Source: Setoptus koraiensis (taxonomy: Eukaryota; Animalia; Arthropoda). Taken from it: 64,000 nt of DNA. The notes beneath the pieces were generated by a model. The model worked only from the letters and a program-made list of their open reading frames with translations. It was not told the DNA's origin and ran no database searches. The translations under genes and the position numbers were made by a program. The stretch lies in contig CM106585.1 in assembly GCA_048013815.1 (NCBI GenBank), positions 22,630,001-22,694,000 of the forward strand, written 5' to 3'. How positions within the stretch are numbered: position 1 is the first letter of the stretch; every line of letters begins with the position of its first letter. This document shows positions 39,015 through 51,215 of the stretch, piece after piece.

Positions 39015-40034
39015 ATTCTCCGAGGTATTATTGTAATTATAACAGAGCGAAATTTATCCCGATGCAAATAATGCCAACACTTTTCTCAATATAATTAATT
39101 CGAGGATGGGATTATTTGTTTTTAACCATGAAATTCTAGAATAGTTGATTTGAAACATCAGATATTTAATAATATCTGATACCTCGTGGAATATTTAGAT
39201 CTGTTCAAATGTTGCGCTCGCACATGTGTCTGGATACCTTATGAGGTTGTTATGAGTATTTGCAAATAACCTTATCACACTGGGACCACTACGAGGGTAG
39301 AGTGTGCACCTTTTCTTGTGCTTCTACACCGGTTTGTAAAAAAGCCGTCAGGGGCGCTACAATCGCTCAGAAATGCGCAGCCAAGCGTAGACTGTTTCGA
39401 TAAATGTTTACTTTCTGCTATAGCATATTTTCTTCGCTGGAATTGAAATTGAAGCGCAGGCGCGTTGGCAATCAGGAGGGCACATTGACTCGTTGGTTTC
39501 GTTGCAGTTAACTACTATCCAGGATTGCTCATACTGTTTAGAGCGCCGCCTTTGTGTATTTTTGTGAATCAGTGTATACATTTTGAAGGGAGTGCGGTGA
39601 GTGCCTCTGATCTACAGGGTGTTACATTCAGCTCGGTGTCACACCAATGAGCATATGCTGCACACGAGCACAATTCGTTCAACCGAAATCGTGTGCGCTA
39701 CGTTTGTTAGGCATGTCAAGGATATTATTTGTGCCGTTCACATACCGTATATTTCACTGCTTCTACCGTGTGCTTCTGCACAAAACGTGCCCACACAGAA
39801 TCTCATCACAGACCATCTCGACATCATACATGTGTCGGTAGGAAAAGTGCAATTCAAATGTAACGCCCTGGACGAATGATTTGGATTGGTTGGTTTGTGA
39901 TTGCGGTCGCAGAGAAAGGGATATTTTAAAAGGAGAAAAGGAGGAATTTTTCTCTCAAAGAAATAATTATTATTGCACTACTTCATTAAATCGACTATTA
40001 TTATTATTACCAACATATTGAAATATAAGCAATC
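39015..40034. promoter_or_regulatory. Divergent NOL12-like / COX5A intergenic region (putative bidirectional promoter)
   Basis: Head-to-head start codons ~1 kb apart; 10-bp-stem palindrome atcagatatt-taat-aatatctgat at 39157-39180. Promoter function is inferred from geometry only. Confidence 0.45.
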
Positions 40035-40556
40035 ATGCTCTCTCTAGCCAGATTGGGCCTTGTGGCTAATCGAGCCATCAAAAGCCGAGCATTAATTCAA
40101 GCGGCCGTCTACACTCAAACACAGATCAGAACTAGATACAATCCTATAAATCTGGGAATAGCTAATCCTAAAGATGGTATTGAAGAAACTCACGAAGAAT
40201 TCGATGCCCGTTACTTGAAGAATTTCGAAGACCCCAAACTTGATGGATGGTGGTGTAGAAAATATATGAATGATTTGATGGGTTTTGATCAAGTTCCAGA
40301 GCCGAAAATTATTATTGCTGCAATGAAGGCCTGCCGTCGTTTAAATGACCACTCACTAGCAGTTAGATTTATAGAGGCAGTGTACGCTAAGGCCGCCTTC
40401 AATAAAGAAATCAGCGCTTACATCAGAGCAGAAATAGGACCCACTCTCAAGGAACTCGGTATAAGCTCCCCAGAGGAATTGGGATACGACGAACCAGAGT
40501 TGGCTCTCGGATGCCCGCATCGAGGCTCAATGATTGAGCAAGCTGAACACAAATAG
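40035..40556 (+). CDS. COX5A: Cytochrome c oxidase subunit 5A, mitochondrial precursor (intronless)
   Basis: Basic N-terminal presequence; ETHEEFDARY, VPEPKII-AA-KACRRLND and LKELGISSPEELG match the COX5A family. Confidence 0.96.
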   Translation: MLSLARLGLVANRAIKSRALIQAAVYTQTQIRTRYNPINLGIANPKDGIEETHEEFDARYLKNFEDPKLDGWWCRKYMNDLMGFDQVPEPKIIIAAMKACRRLNDHSLAVRFIEAVYAKAAFNKEISAYIRAEIGPTLKELGISSPEELGYDEPELALGCPHRGSMIEQAEHK

Positions 40557-40622
40557 ACACTTTAGTTATATTAGATTATTAGAATGCTAGCTGAGAACAG
40601 CAGGTATCTTAATTAAACAGTC

Positions 40623-40682
40623 TCGTTGAAAATTACCTAAACTCGTGCAGATTAGACAAGAAGAGTCGGAGTTTTAAACTCG
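40623..40682 (+). repeat. Left copy of a perfect 60-bp direct repeat (target-site-like duplication)
   Basis: tcgttgaaaattacctaaactcgtgcagattagacaagaagagtcggagttttaaactcg, identical to 41192-41251. Confidence 0.95.
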
Positions 40683-41191
40683 TCACTGACCATCGGCGAC
40701 CATCGGCGACCATCGGCGACCATTTGCGAGCATCATTGAGCTGGCCACCTAACGTATGGCGCACCAACTATGACTGGTCATGGCTGGGTGTGTGTTGGCC
40801 GCAAACAGTGCAGCGTAAACTATTATTTTTTAATGCCTCAACATGAGTATTGGTGTTTGTCGTTGTTGCCAGTGACTGAGTTAGTGGCCAGTGGCCAGTG
40901 GCCAGTAAAAAGCGACTTTTTCATACGCGAAAATAATCATCGGCTTGCAGTGATTTTGAGCTCGGGCAACGGAGTGAAGTGGCAGTGAAAACGTGCTGCT
41001 TCTCTGGCTTGTTCGCTCGCTTCTTTGGTCGCTTCTTTGCTCGTTGCTGCTTCTTATTCTTATTCTCACGATGCCCGGGCTCGCACTCAAACTCTGACTG
41101 ATGATGATTCGCAGCATCAACTTTATACGCGTTGTCATGTCGTTGTTGTCCATTCTGCTCTCGTTGGCTCTGCCACTGCCGTTGTTGCTGA
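40683..41191 (+). repeat. 509-bp inserted near-identical copy of 51687-52219
   Basis: Same orientation as the donor; differs by 2 substitutions, three repeat-unit deletions (7, 12 and 6 bp) and 1 extra A. Confidence 0.93.
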
Positions 41192-41251
41192 TCGTTGAAA
41201 ATTACCTAAACTCGTGCAGATTAGACAAGAAGAGTCGGAGTTTTAAACTCG
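41192..41251 (+). repeat. Right copy of the 60-bp direct repeat
   Basis: Identical to 40623-40682. Confidence 0.95.
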
Positions 41252-41578
41252 GATGTTCATCTTAAAGATTCGAATTCGAACACACACACAGTCTCAAATA
41301 GTATACAATTTGTATCTATTTTTATAGACAAGTAAGTCATTACTTATGAGAATCGATAGGGGCTTAAGATAGGCATGATCGGCGTTATGCTGGTTGATAT
41401 TTAGAGGAGCAGATATGTTTATTAGATAGTTTCGTTAGAAATAAGCCAGAAGTCAATTGATCCAACAGATTAAGGAGAGAATTAAGAAGAGTCAAAGGTT
41501 TCAAGCGTGTTTGTCTAGCCCAGAGATTCAAGATTCCGACACACTCACACAAATGGTCTACAATTCATATCTGTTTTT

Positions 41579-43261
41579 TTATTTATCAGTGGTCATTATA
41601 TATGAGAAATGAGTTGGTCCAAGAGATGGCGTGGTGGGTGTTGTGCTGGCAGATTTTTGTTGACCCATGAGTTTTTGCCGCACCTCGCGTATCTTGAGTT
41701 GCAGTTTAATTTTGCTCGTAAATATGTCATAATGATCCTTCTGAAATTTATTTATAGCAGCTGTAGATGGGAAAAAAGTTCCTTCGTCTTTGAACAAATC
41801 CATAACTAATTGCCTTTGCTTATCTAATGTTCTCCTAAAAGAGGATGATGAGCCTTTATCATCACTTTGATGAGTTGGATGATGATGCTGATGAGTGGTA
41901 GGTTGTGTTACGGTGGTAGCTGTTGTTTTTTGTAATTGTTTTCCTTTAGGGGCTGGTGCCAATACGAATTTAGTAGATTGTTGTTCTCTATCTGGACTGT
42001 CATCAGTGCAAGGTAAGGATGATGATCCAATTAAACTTGGTGACGTTGGAGTGTTTGGCATTGACGAAGTTGACACAGACGACGAACCTCTGGAACACCA
42101 ACGCCATTCGGGGTACTGTCTGAAATGTGCCTCTTTGACTTGAAAGGCCTGATCCTGATATTTTTGTTTTTCTGTTGCGGCTAAATTATACCACCATTCG
42201 CCTAATATTTTAGAAACTGTTCTATTATCACTATTAGGGTGTCTTTGGTGCACTAAGGCACGATGTTCCTTAGAGAAGAGCATAAATGCATTCATGGGCC
42301 TCCTAATATGACCATGTTGCAATGCACTACAAGATTTACTTCTGCGTTTGTTGCGTCTCTCTTGTGAGTCGGGCGTTTGTTGTCCTTCATCCTCCATGAA
42401 CACATCATCATGTTGATCGTGATGATTGTGTTCGACGGCAAACACTGGCAGTAATGATTTCCATTCGATAACTTTAAATTTAGAGGATTGTCCAAACCAG
42501 TTACGTTTTTTGCGTATACTACCCAATGACACTAACATATCGGCTGCTTCCCTAACATCTGGGGTGGACTGCTGCAAATTGTTATTATTAACATCCGACA
42601 TTATGTTGGCTGCAGCAGGTGTAAACATGTTGGAGTTGGTGCTGGCGTTGGCGTTTGCGGTGGAGGCGGCGGCGGTGGTGGTGGTGGTGGTGTTGTTGGT
42701 GGTGGTGGCTTTGACAATGGCAGCTGCTGCAGCGGCGCTATGTGCAGTGTGTGTTGTTGTAATTATATTACTATTGCTATCTGTTGTTGTTGATGTGAGT
42801 GGAGGTGTTGTTGTTATTGTTGTTGTGTTGTGATTTAAATTAATATTTGTATTATTAATGGTTGTTGTTGTATTATGTAAATCGTTATTATTATTATCTA
42901 TGCAATGGTAGGTGTTGTGTTTGTTGTGATTGGAGCTATTAATTGATTGGTCGCTATCAGTGTCCAATGCGTGCGTATGATGTGTATCCGAAGAGTGAAG
43001 ATTTGAATGATTGTTTGAATGAAGCGAATGATGATGATCATCCAAGTGAGAATCTTGTGTAATAAGTGTTGTCTGGTGTGGGTGATAAGTTGTTAACTGT
43101 GTGGAACGCGCGTTTAGGTGCCTAGAACAATATCCTCGTCTTTGCGATTCTTTAGTGCAATCATAGCATAATCTTCTCCACTGTTTACCATTGAACTTTT
43201 TTCTAATACCAGCAGGAGTAGCTATAATATCACCTTTTTTATATGATTTTATTTGGTTCAT
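41579..43261 (-). CDS. cic: Capicua HMG-box transcriptional repressor (compact Cic-L type, 560 aa, intronless ORF)
   Basis: N1-type motif [26 protein letters not shown]...[13 protein letters not shown]; HMG box [41 protein letters not shown]; C1 domain [15 protein letters not shown]...[13 protein letters not shown]. Confidence 0.96.
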   Translation of the reverse strand: MNQIKSYKKGDIIATPAGIRKKFNGKQWRRLCYDCTKESQRRGYCSRHLNARSTQLTTYHPHQTTLITQDSHLDDHHHSLHSNNHSNLHSSDTHHTHALDTDSDQSINSSNHNKHNTYHCIDNNNNDLHNTTTTINNTNINLNHNTTTITTTPPLTSTTTDSNSNIITTTHTAHSAAAAAAIVKATTTNNTTTTTTAAASTANANASTNSNMFTPAAANIMSDVNNNNLQQSTPDVREAADMLVSLGSIRKKRNWFGQSSKFKVIEWKSLLPVFAVEHNHHDQHDDVFMEDEGQQTPDSQERRNKRRSKSCSALQHGHIRRPMNAFMLFSKEHRALVHQRHPNSDNRTVSKILGEWWYNLAATEKQKYQDQAFQVKEAHFRQYPEWRWCSRGSSSVSTSSMPNTPTSPSLIGSSSLPCTDDSPDREQQSTKFVLAPAPKGKQLQKTTATTVTQPTTHQHHHPTHQSDDKGSSSSFRRTLDKQRQLVMDLFKDEGTFFPSTAAINKFQKDHYDIFTSKIKLQLKIREVRQKLMGQQKSASTTPTTPSLGPTHFSYIMTTDK

Positions 43262-46200
43262 TTATTACTAATTCAGTGTGTGAGTGTGTGTAATATGTTG
43301 CTGTTGCTGTTGTTGTTGGTGTTGTTGTGATGCGGGGCCCAATTTGGTTGTTGTGTCGATAATAATAATGGTGAATGTTGTTGTTGTGCCTACTAGTAGT
43401 AACAGTATTGTTGTTGTGTTGTGTTGTTGCGATGTCTTGGCGACTGTCACTCATCTTCTATATCTACGTGTATCTAGATATGTATGTATCTAGAGACGAG
43501 CCTATTCTCAATTGGAGTGCCACCATACGACAATACAACAGAGTGCACAGAAATACGACGACGACTATCGGACTAACACTATCCGCGACTATAGGCATAA
43601 CAGTGCACCAGCGATATGTTATGTTATTTGCAGTGGATATTTGCCAGTTGCAACAACTAACATCAACTATCCAACAGCTACTATATCGCTATGCCTGCAG
43701 TGTAGCAGTGAACACAATTAGACTCAACTGCGACTAGCTTAAACACTACTTTTCCCTATCTCGTGCGAAGCTCTGTAGCGTTGTAAGCACAAAACAAACA
43801 GGGGAAGGCAGAGTCGGCGCAGTGGCCACTCGCCTAAATGGCTCAATGGACTTAATAGAATGGTGCGTGCCTGCGTGCGTGCACCACTGTGTCTGTACCT
43901 TATGCGCGTACTTTTATTTGCTGCTGCTGCTGCTGCTGCACTGGCGCACCATATGCACCTAACAGCGCTACAGCCAGTGTCAGTGCTGGCACGCTGCGTG
44001 AAGCAGTTACAGTTGGTGCAGTCAGTGTGTCCATCGCCACACTGCCGCTGCTGCAGTCTGCAGCCTGCGCTACATTCACAGTGCGCCAGCGACTTGAGTC
44101 CGGTCCGCATGAGCCACAGCGCTGGCGTGTTGCACTGGCTATACGTGCAGCCAATTTTATATATACGTGATTACTTGAGACCGCAACAACACGCACGCTC
44201 GCTCACAGTGATAGTCACACTTGAATCGTCTCGCTCACAGCTTCTCGCTCTCTTCTCGAGGGGGCGCACAATCAATTGCAATTTGCCAATTGCCAATTGA
44301 AACAACCGGCCAACTGCCAACAAGTGCGCCTCCTATTGTTAGAAATCGTCGTGAATCGTGCCCAATTTCAATGTATAATAGGTGTCCATATCAACTATAA
44401 TCAGTATGCACTGATTATCCTAGCCCGGCTTGTGCGGTTCATTTTCTGCTATGCGCACAGCGGGCACAGTTCGTGCCTGGGCAAACACCGCATCGACTGT
44501 AACTCCACTAATTCATCGCGCACACTGCGCTGCGTAAAATACACGCTAAGCAGCGCACGCCGAACAATTGTACGCTGTGTGCCCGTGAGCAGCCGCTAGT
44601 GGCGACTTTGCCAGCGTATATCACATTCTTGCAAAAGGTACCCAATCGCATAGTTGCCGCGGACCCCATCATATTATCGGTGTCAATAATACCGATAATA
44701 CTGAAACTGTGCTCTGCGGCAATATCAAAATACTCAAATTTTACCATCACAATGTTTGTCCATATGTGTGTGTTTGCCCGTAAAAAACTGTGCCAACAGC
44801 CAACATTTGCCGACGTTTTGTAGTGTCGAACTGGCACTCAGTTGGCACACATTCGGCTGGCCTGTTTGTTGTTTGGGGCCCGTTCAGGCAAACAAATAAT
44901 ATCAAAAAATGCAGTTTAGTTTGGCCACGTCATGGTCATTGTTGTTGTGTATCATTTAGTTAGTCACGTCTGTCACGTGTTCGTGTGTGTGCGTGTGTGT
45001 GTGTGTGTCACACATAATAGAGGCGCATTCCTTCGCACGTCACAGGGCACGGTATCGCATAGCGACACTCATGTGACAATTGTTCTGGGGGCATTATTAT
45101 ATATATTATATCTATTATATCTTGTATATAAAAGATATTATGCTTGCTATTTGCATTATGTTGTTACGTTATGCGCGCAACTTACACAATTGTTAGACAA
45201 TGCTTGCCGGTTTTTGGCGACAATTGAATCGATTTGAATCATGTTGTGGAATCGGGATCACCGTGCAGCAAATACTTGTGGCTGCAGTTCGAGGGAAAGA
45301 CGCGAGGGGCGCTCGCATCAGCCCAAAAATGCACCAGAAGGCCTGAGGTGTCTCGATAAATGTTACGTTTCTTCTTGTTTTTTTTTTCTAGTTGGCGATG
45401 TGTTTAGGATCGCCCATACGAGCGCACTCCCACGACATACACGTACTCACGCGACAAAAAGCGACCTCGAATGGTTTTTTGTTGAACTGCAGCCACAGGT
45501 ATTGGCATTCCACGCGACAGCCTGATGGCGAGCAAACATGTTGCACAAAGAGAGAGAGAGAGTTAAAGAAATGCCCGTCCATCTCGGGTTCATTCTCACG
45601 CTTGGCGACGCCGAATCGAATGTGACTACAACCAATGACGACTAAAAGAATGTCAGCTTGTTTGTACGTTGCAACTTGCGACACACAACACCAACGAAGC
45701 ACGTACCGCTGCACCAGGTACACAACATCAACAACAACAGCAACAGCAACAACAACAGCAACAACAGCAACAACAACAGCGGCAACAACGACAACGCCGG
45801 CTACAACAATAAACGAGTGGGCCTCTGGTCATTACCTCGCGGCGCCGGCGTCACTCACACACGTTCGCATCAAAGAATTGATAAATGCCAATGGGCACCA
45901 TTGACAACCACTGACCATGAGAATGTAAATCCAAATCAAAATGTCGACATGTGAATGGACACAAAAGCCCCTTTATTACGTTTTATCAATATGTGCCCGT
46001 TTCAACTCTCCCTCTCCACGCCAAACACTAAACACTATGCAGTGTGCAAGTATACGATAGCAAAGAGTATAGAGTCCGTAGTAAACTCTTGGCCGGCTTC
46101 ATCATTGTCGGTGATATCATCTCCTCACTGTGTGACCAATTCGTGGCGCTAGATTTTGCATCAATTGGTCATTGGCCGTGCAATCCATTCAATGACCAAT

Positions 46201-49200
46201 TGACCAGCGCGGGCCACGTGATTAGATTTAGATCAAATTTAGCGATAGCACCGATGATTGAAGAATCTCTCTATCTGGCTGGTCATGCTTTTGTTGCCAT
46301 TAATAAGAGAGAGAGAGAGAGGCAAGAAGATGAGATTGGATAACACACATGCATGGGCATCGTGGGCCGCCGCTACAGCCGAGATGAGCCGAGCCGAGCC
46401 CCGAATCATGCCGCTTCTAATCATGGTCACAATCAAGCCTACAAATGAACGCTCGTATGAACGCGATGTAAACATTGGCTGATTGGCCAATTAAAACATT
46501 ATTTCTTCGTCTTGTCGTCTTAAGTCTTAAATGTTCGCCATGGCCAACTAATGCTGCATGCTATACTCAATTATTTATACTCGCACTCAATGTCAATATA
46601 ACGAAACCATGTTGTCAGTGGATTGTCACTCACAATGCACCAGCCTCACACGGTGAGCCAAACGATCAGCTGGCCCAAGGTTGATCTTCCTGATTTCATT
46701 TTGATATTCATTAGAGGCACCATTACAATGATGCCTCTAATGAATAGTGTAGTAGAACGAATCCACGCTGCCACTAATGATTTGTACCTGGCACAACTAG
46801 TCATCTAAGATGTTATCTTTGGCGCATTGGCGACATAGCGACACACCGACGACGCCAGTCGCTATTGTCGCTGTCGTTGTTGTTGTCGTTGTCGTTGTCG
46901 TTGGTTATCATTTTCGGGTCACAATCAGCTTTAGCCAGACATGACAATAACATGGACAAGCCATATAAATGTGCTGATATGGCTATGCCATAAACCAGCC
47001 AGCTTGTGATGATGGTCACAATCTGGCTACCACAAACTGTCACAACTAAAATAGATAAGATTTTGCGCCAACTTGAGTCACTATAGGCCCAAAAGTGTAT
47101 GTTATCATCACAACATAAACGTGTCAACCTTTTTGTTGTATGTACAGCTAACTGTAACTGTTCTGACAAGCGGTTTTATAGAAATACCAGCCAGCGTACA
47201 AGTGACATTTGTAGCTGAGCAATAATTTTGTATATCTCAGCTGTTTAACTGTATTATTATATCACTGTATTACGACAAAATTGGCGAGGATGAATTAGGA
47301 AGGATGTACAATCCAATGTGCGCGCGAGCTACAGCCTGTATAGTTAGTGGGCCAAAAGACTTTCATCTTTCATTGTTATCATCTCGTGACTGACTAACTC
47401 AAATTTTCGTTTTCAATTAATACTGTTGTAGCTGCTCGTTCGTTTAATACAAAATCAAACGAAATCCCTGATGAATGAACAATATTTCATGTATATACAT
47501 GAACATCAACCGCTAATCTACAAGCGACAACTGAAACATTTCATTATCAACTGTGTGTGTATTAGTCATTTTTATTTTTATCTATCAATTATATAACCAG
47601 CTAGCTTGGCCAAGCTCAGCTAAACCCTTTCGTAAAGTCGCTATTTGGCCCATTGTATGAATGTCAAAACATTACGTATGTTGCATTACGTATAGTGAGC
47701 TAGTTAGTTGTAGTCTTACACGAAATGTGGGCGAAAGTTAGTGATGCAGGCCAGTTAACTGGCAATTCAATCCTGTTAACACCAAGCCCAACTAACTCAC
47801 TAACTGACTCACTAACTGACTCGCTTGCTAACTATCTTGCTAACCAACTGGCTGACTTAGCGACTCAACTGGATTCACTTGATATGCAAAATTAACTAGT
47901 AGTGACACACACACATAGTAGTAGTGAGTATGGTGAGATAGTGAAAGAAATAAGAACAAGTCAAATGATAACTATTAACTATTTCCTGACTTTTGCTTAT
48001 ATTCAAAACTATTCAATGAATAGTATTCATGGTTTCCATGACAGCAGCAATCCAAAATAAATGCTGATACATTAGTCGATGTACGTGTATAAATTGTTAT
48101 ATTGTATGGCACATAGAGATGTTTACATTTACAGACACAGAGAGATAAGTTGTATTACAACGGTTGTAGGTTTGTTGTAATAATGTTAAGTGGAATAACA
48201 ACAACTATTATTATATTAGTTATTATTACTATTATACTATTATTATGTTAGTTGTGTTGTGTTTCCGATATTGAACATAAACTAAAGAGTTCACAATAAG
48301 ATCGTCATTAGTGGTGTATAGAATTTCTCGAATGGCTTGTTAAAAGTAAAATAAAATAAAATGAGTGAATTGCTGAATCTCGGAAAAACAAAGAGTAAAA
48401 GTGATTTTTTTAAGGCATTTTTTGCGAGCATCCCCCAGTGTTGCCTGCCAGATAAAACAATAATAGACTATTGTCAAGTATAGGATGTTTGTAGAGGATG
48501 ACAATTCCGTGGGCTTGTTTCATCGGACATTCAAATGAATGTTTAGAACTCAATTGATGGAAACACCCTTGCATTTGTGACCAAATAAACTAATCAGTGG
48601 AGTGGTTGATCAACACAGTTTGTAGAGCATGGCATAGAAGAAACAGATTATGCTGAACAACAATGGTGAATTCAATGATGAATTCAATAGACTCAATAGA
48701 GGATAATTCAAAAGTAGTGGCGATGAGAGAGAAGCCGTGTGAGAGGAGCCGTGGGCGTAATTGAACTAATTGAAGGCGCACAGAAGGAGATGATTTTGTT
48801 TGAATTACTTTTATGCACGATCTCGCAAATCAATACAACGCAAACTGATTGTTATCTATCATTATCTTTGTGTTGGATTCACAACAAATTTTGAGATATC
48901 TTTTATGTTGGCCACAGCAAATGTTGGAACTGTCTGTGAATAGTTTGTATGAAATGAGGCGGATTGGCACTGGCACAACAACAACAACAACAACAAGTGA
49001 ACAAGTGAAACAGAAACAAAGAGCAACCTCATTTTGTTTTAAATCCAATGCTCCACTACGCGTCGTAGTCTACGAGTGGTTGTTGTGATAGTTGTGATAA
49101 TGGCAATCAGATGAGCGAACGGTCAATTGAGCATCTCATTCGCGTGCATATATCAAATGATTGTTGTTGGTGTTGCCTAAAAAACTTGCTCAAATCACTA

Positions 49201-49874
49201 TAACGCCGATGATGATGCGCATGTGTTTCTCATCGTCAGGTAGATGACCACTTGTTGTTGTTTGCCTGTTTATACGTGCTGCTTGCTCGGCCACATGCCT
49301 TTATCTATATGAGCAGGGAATAGTTATTGTTAGTTGCAATGATAAAGATGATAGTGGTAAAGATGTAGTTGGTAGCATTGTGTTGCAGCGTTCAATAGGT
49401 GTTTGCAAGTGTCGAGTGAGACGTTTGTGTATCATAAACAGACAGGTGAAATGGCGGTGTAAAAATAGATAATGTCACTGTTGTCAGTTAGTCGGCGCTA
49501 ATCACGAGCACCGTTTACGACCGCACCACAACCACACCACAACCATAGACAACAAACTATATTTAAACCGTTTGAACATTCGTCTATCGTCTATTCGTCG
49601 ACGCTGGCTGCCATCTTGAATGATGATGAAAACAAAAGTTAGTGTCGGTTAGTTGTGGGCTTAAAATAGCTTGAAATTTAGCTGCAAATGGTGTGCTAGT
49701 GTGATTGTCATTGATTGCGCCGCTTGAACAAGTGATACATTATTGATTGATTGATTATTGAATTATTTCAACTTGATAATTTGCGCTTCGGTAAGAAGTG
49801 AGATATCAGATCAAATTATTCGTAAAGCCAATTTGTTAACAAAGATCTTTGTTGTGAGCACACCAACATTAATT

Positions 49875-51215
49875 ATGAGTAATAAGTGGCTTTTGTTGGT
49901 GGCAGTGTCATCAATTGTGATGAACATTGTCGTAACAGTGGCTCGATGTGACGAGTTAGAGATAGACGGCGATGGAAAATTCAACATGGAACTAACAGAG
50001 TTTAAGAGAATACGAGAGATGTGGCAAAAACTAACTGATGATGCAGACGACGTAGAGACACCAAGACCCATTAGTGGCGATAATAGTAGCCGGGTCAATG
50101 TTAACATGTATGAAAAGATTATTAGCGAACAAGAGAGAGTTAAAAGGGGAGATCCGGAAAAGAATCAAGCTAAAGCAGACAACGACAAATTGTTGCAAAT
50201 TGTTAGTAAAGTTGATTCGACCAGAAGAATAAGCCCAGAATTGTATCAATGGATTCAGAGGAGAGCCGAATCCATTGGGCACAAATACGAGTTATATGCC
50301 GATGATTTAAACGATCCAAACAGCAAGATGTCCATTGGTAGAGCAATGGTGACACACATACTATTGTTGAATACATTTGTTGATTTAGATAATCTGGTGA
50401 AGGAGAAATTCGACAGCAGTTTCAAGAGCGCCAAATGGATTCAAAAGAAATTGAATGCTCTCAGGGAACGTTACGATTTGTCATTGGCGTTCGTGAAAGC
50501 GTGGCTAGATGAACGCATCAGGCAAGTGGTGGCCATTGAACAAAAGCTCACTGAAACCAATTATGAATGGCTGGCCAACATGAGAGATATTAGACGTTTT
50601 ATGCACGAGCAGCGATTCTCCGATGAGCTGGCACAAAAGTGCGCCGATTTCCTCAAAGGCGAATGGCAAGGTTACGATCGTGCAACACGTTTGGACCTGT
50701 TCAAGGACGAGTAAGTATCCGCACCCTATTCACACTATTCACACTATTCACACTATTCACACTGCCATGCCCGCTCATCCATTCACCTGTGCATTCACCT
50801 GTGCATTCACGTGCGTGCTGCTAATTACACAACAATTACAATTGCTAATTACCGTTTGTTTTGTTGTTTGTGTTTGCCTGCATGCCCCCAACAATGATGC
50901 ACAACCTGTATGATGCATAATGCACTGTGTGTTGTATTCACGTATTCATTTTGCACGTGATACGTGTTTCTGCGCACCCCTGATACGCGATCACACCTGG
51001 TCATGTCTGGTAACTCTGGCTGCCCTCAAACTGCCCGCAACAACCTGCAACAACCTGCAACAACCTGCAACAACCTGCAACAACCCGCAACAACCCGCGA
51101 TAACAGCGTGTCCGTGAGTCTGAATGCCCGTGGCATGCTGTACAAGGCCTTCAATGGAGAACTGTCGTTCAGTTTACCGTTTGCCGTGCAGGACAGCATC
51201 TTACGCGGTTACTAA
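49875..51215 (+). CDS. Orphan secreted helical protein, join(49875..50710,51107..51215), 314 aa
   Basis: ATG followed by a signal peptide (MSNKWLLLVAVSSIVMNIVVTVARC); 836-nt high-complexity open frame ending at a perfect donor GA|GTAAGT; phase-2-compatible acceptor ataacag|C at 51107 gives DVSVSLNARGMLYKAFNGELSFSLPFAVQDSILRGY*. Unspliced, it stops at 50714. No family recognised. Confidence 0.8.
51037..51098. repeat. 10-bp minisatellite (gcaacaacct) x~6 abutting the 3' splice site of the orphan gene intron
   Basis: Read directly. Confidence 0.9.

Noticed and set aside
41609-42833. Plus-strand ORFs antisense to cic (e.g. 41895-42143, 42426-42833), and similar ORFs antisense to COX5A, BBS4, glycogenin and separase
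   Set aside because: Shadow ORFs of real genes on the opposite strand or in another frame.
44508-44837. Minus-strand ORF resembling a CUB domain (VKFEYFDI...LGTFCK)
   Set aside because: It lacks the CxYDYL core and flanking Cys/Trp, part of it is generated by a DNA inverted repeat (44672-44700), and there are no adjoining exons.
45392-47169. Hydrophobic or protein-like frames (45392-45498 +, 46044-46343 +, 46813-47169 -) suggesting a chemoreceptor or membrane-protein gene
   Set aside because: Frames are short, lie on opposite strands, are broken by stops, and show no recognisable family motif. I could not build a coherent gene model.
48360-48760. Fragments (NNGEFNDEFNRL) faintly like the N-terminus of the neighbouring orphan secreted protein
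   Set aside because: Similarity is limited to a few residues, spacing is inconsistent and stops are frequent; not distinguishable from chance.
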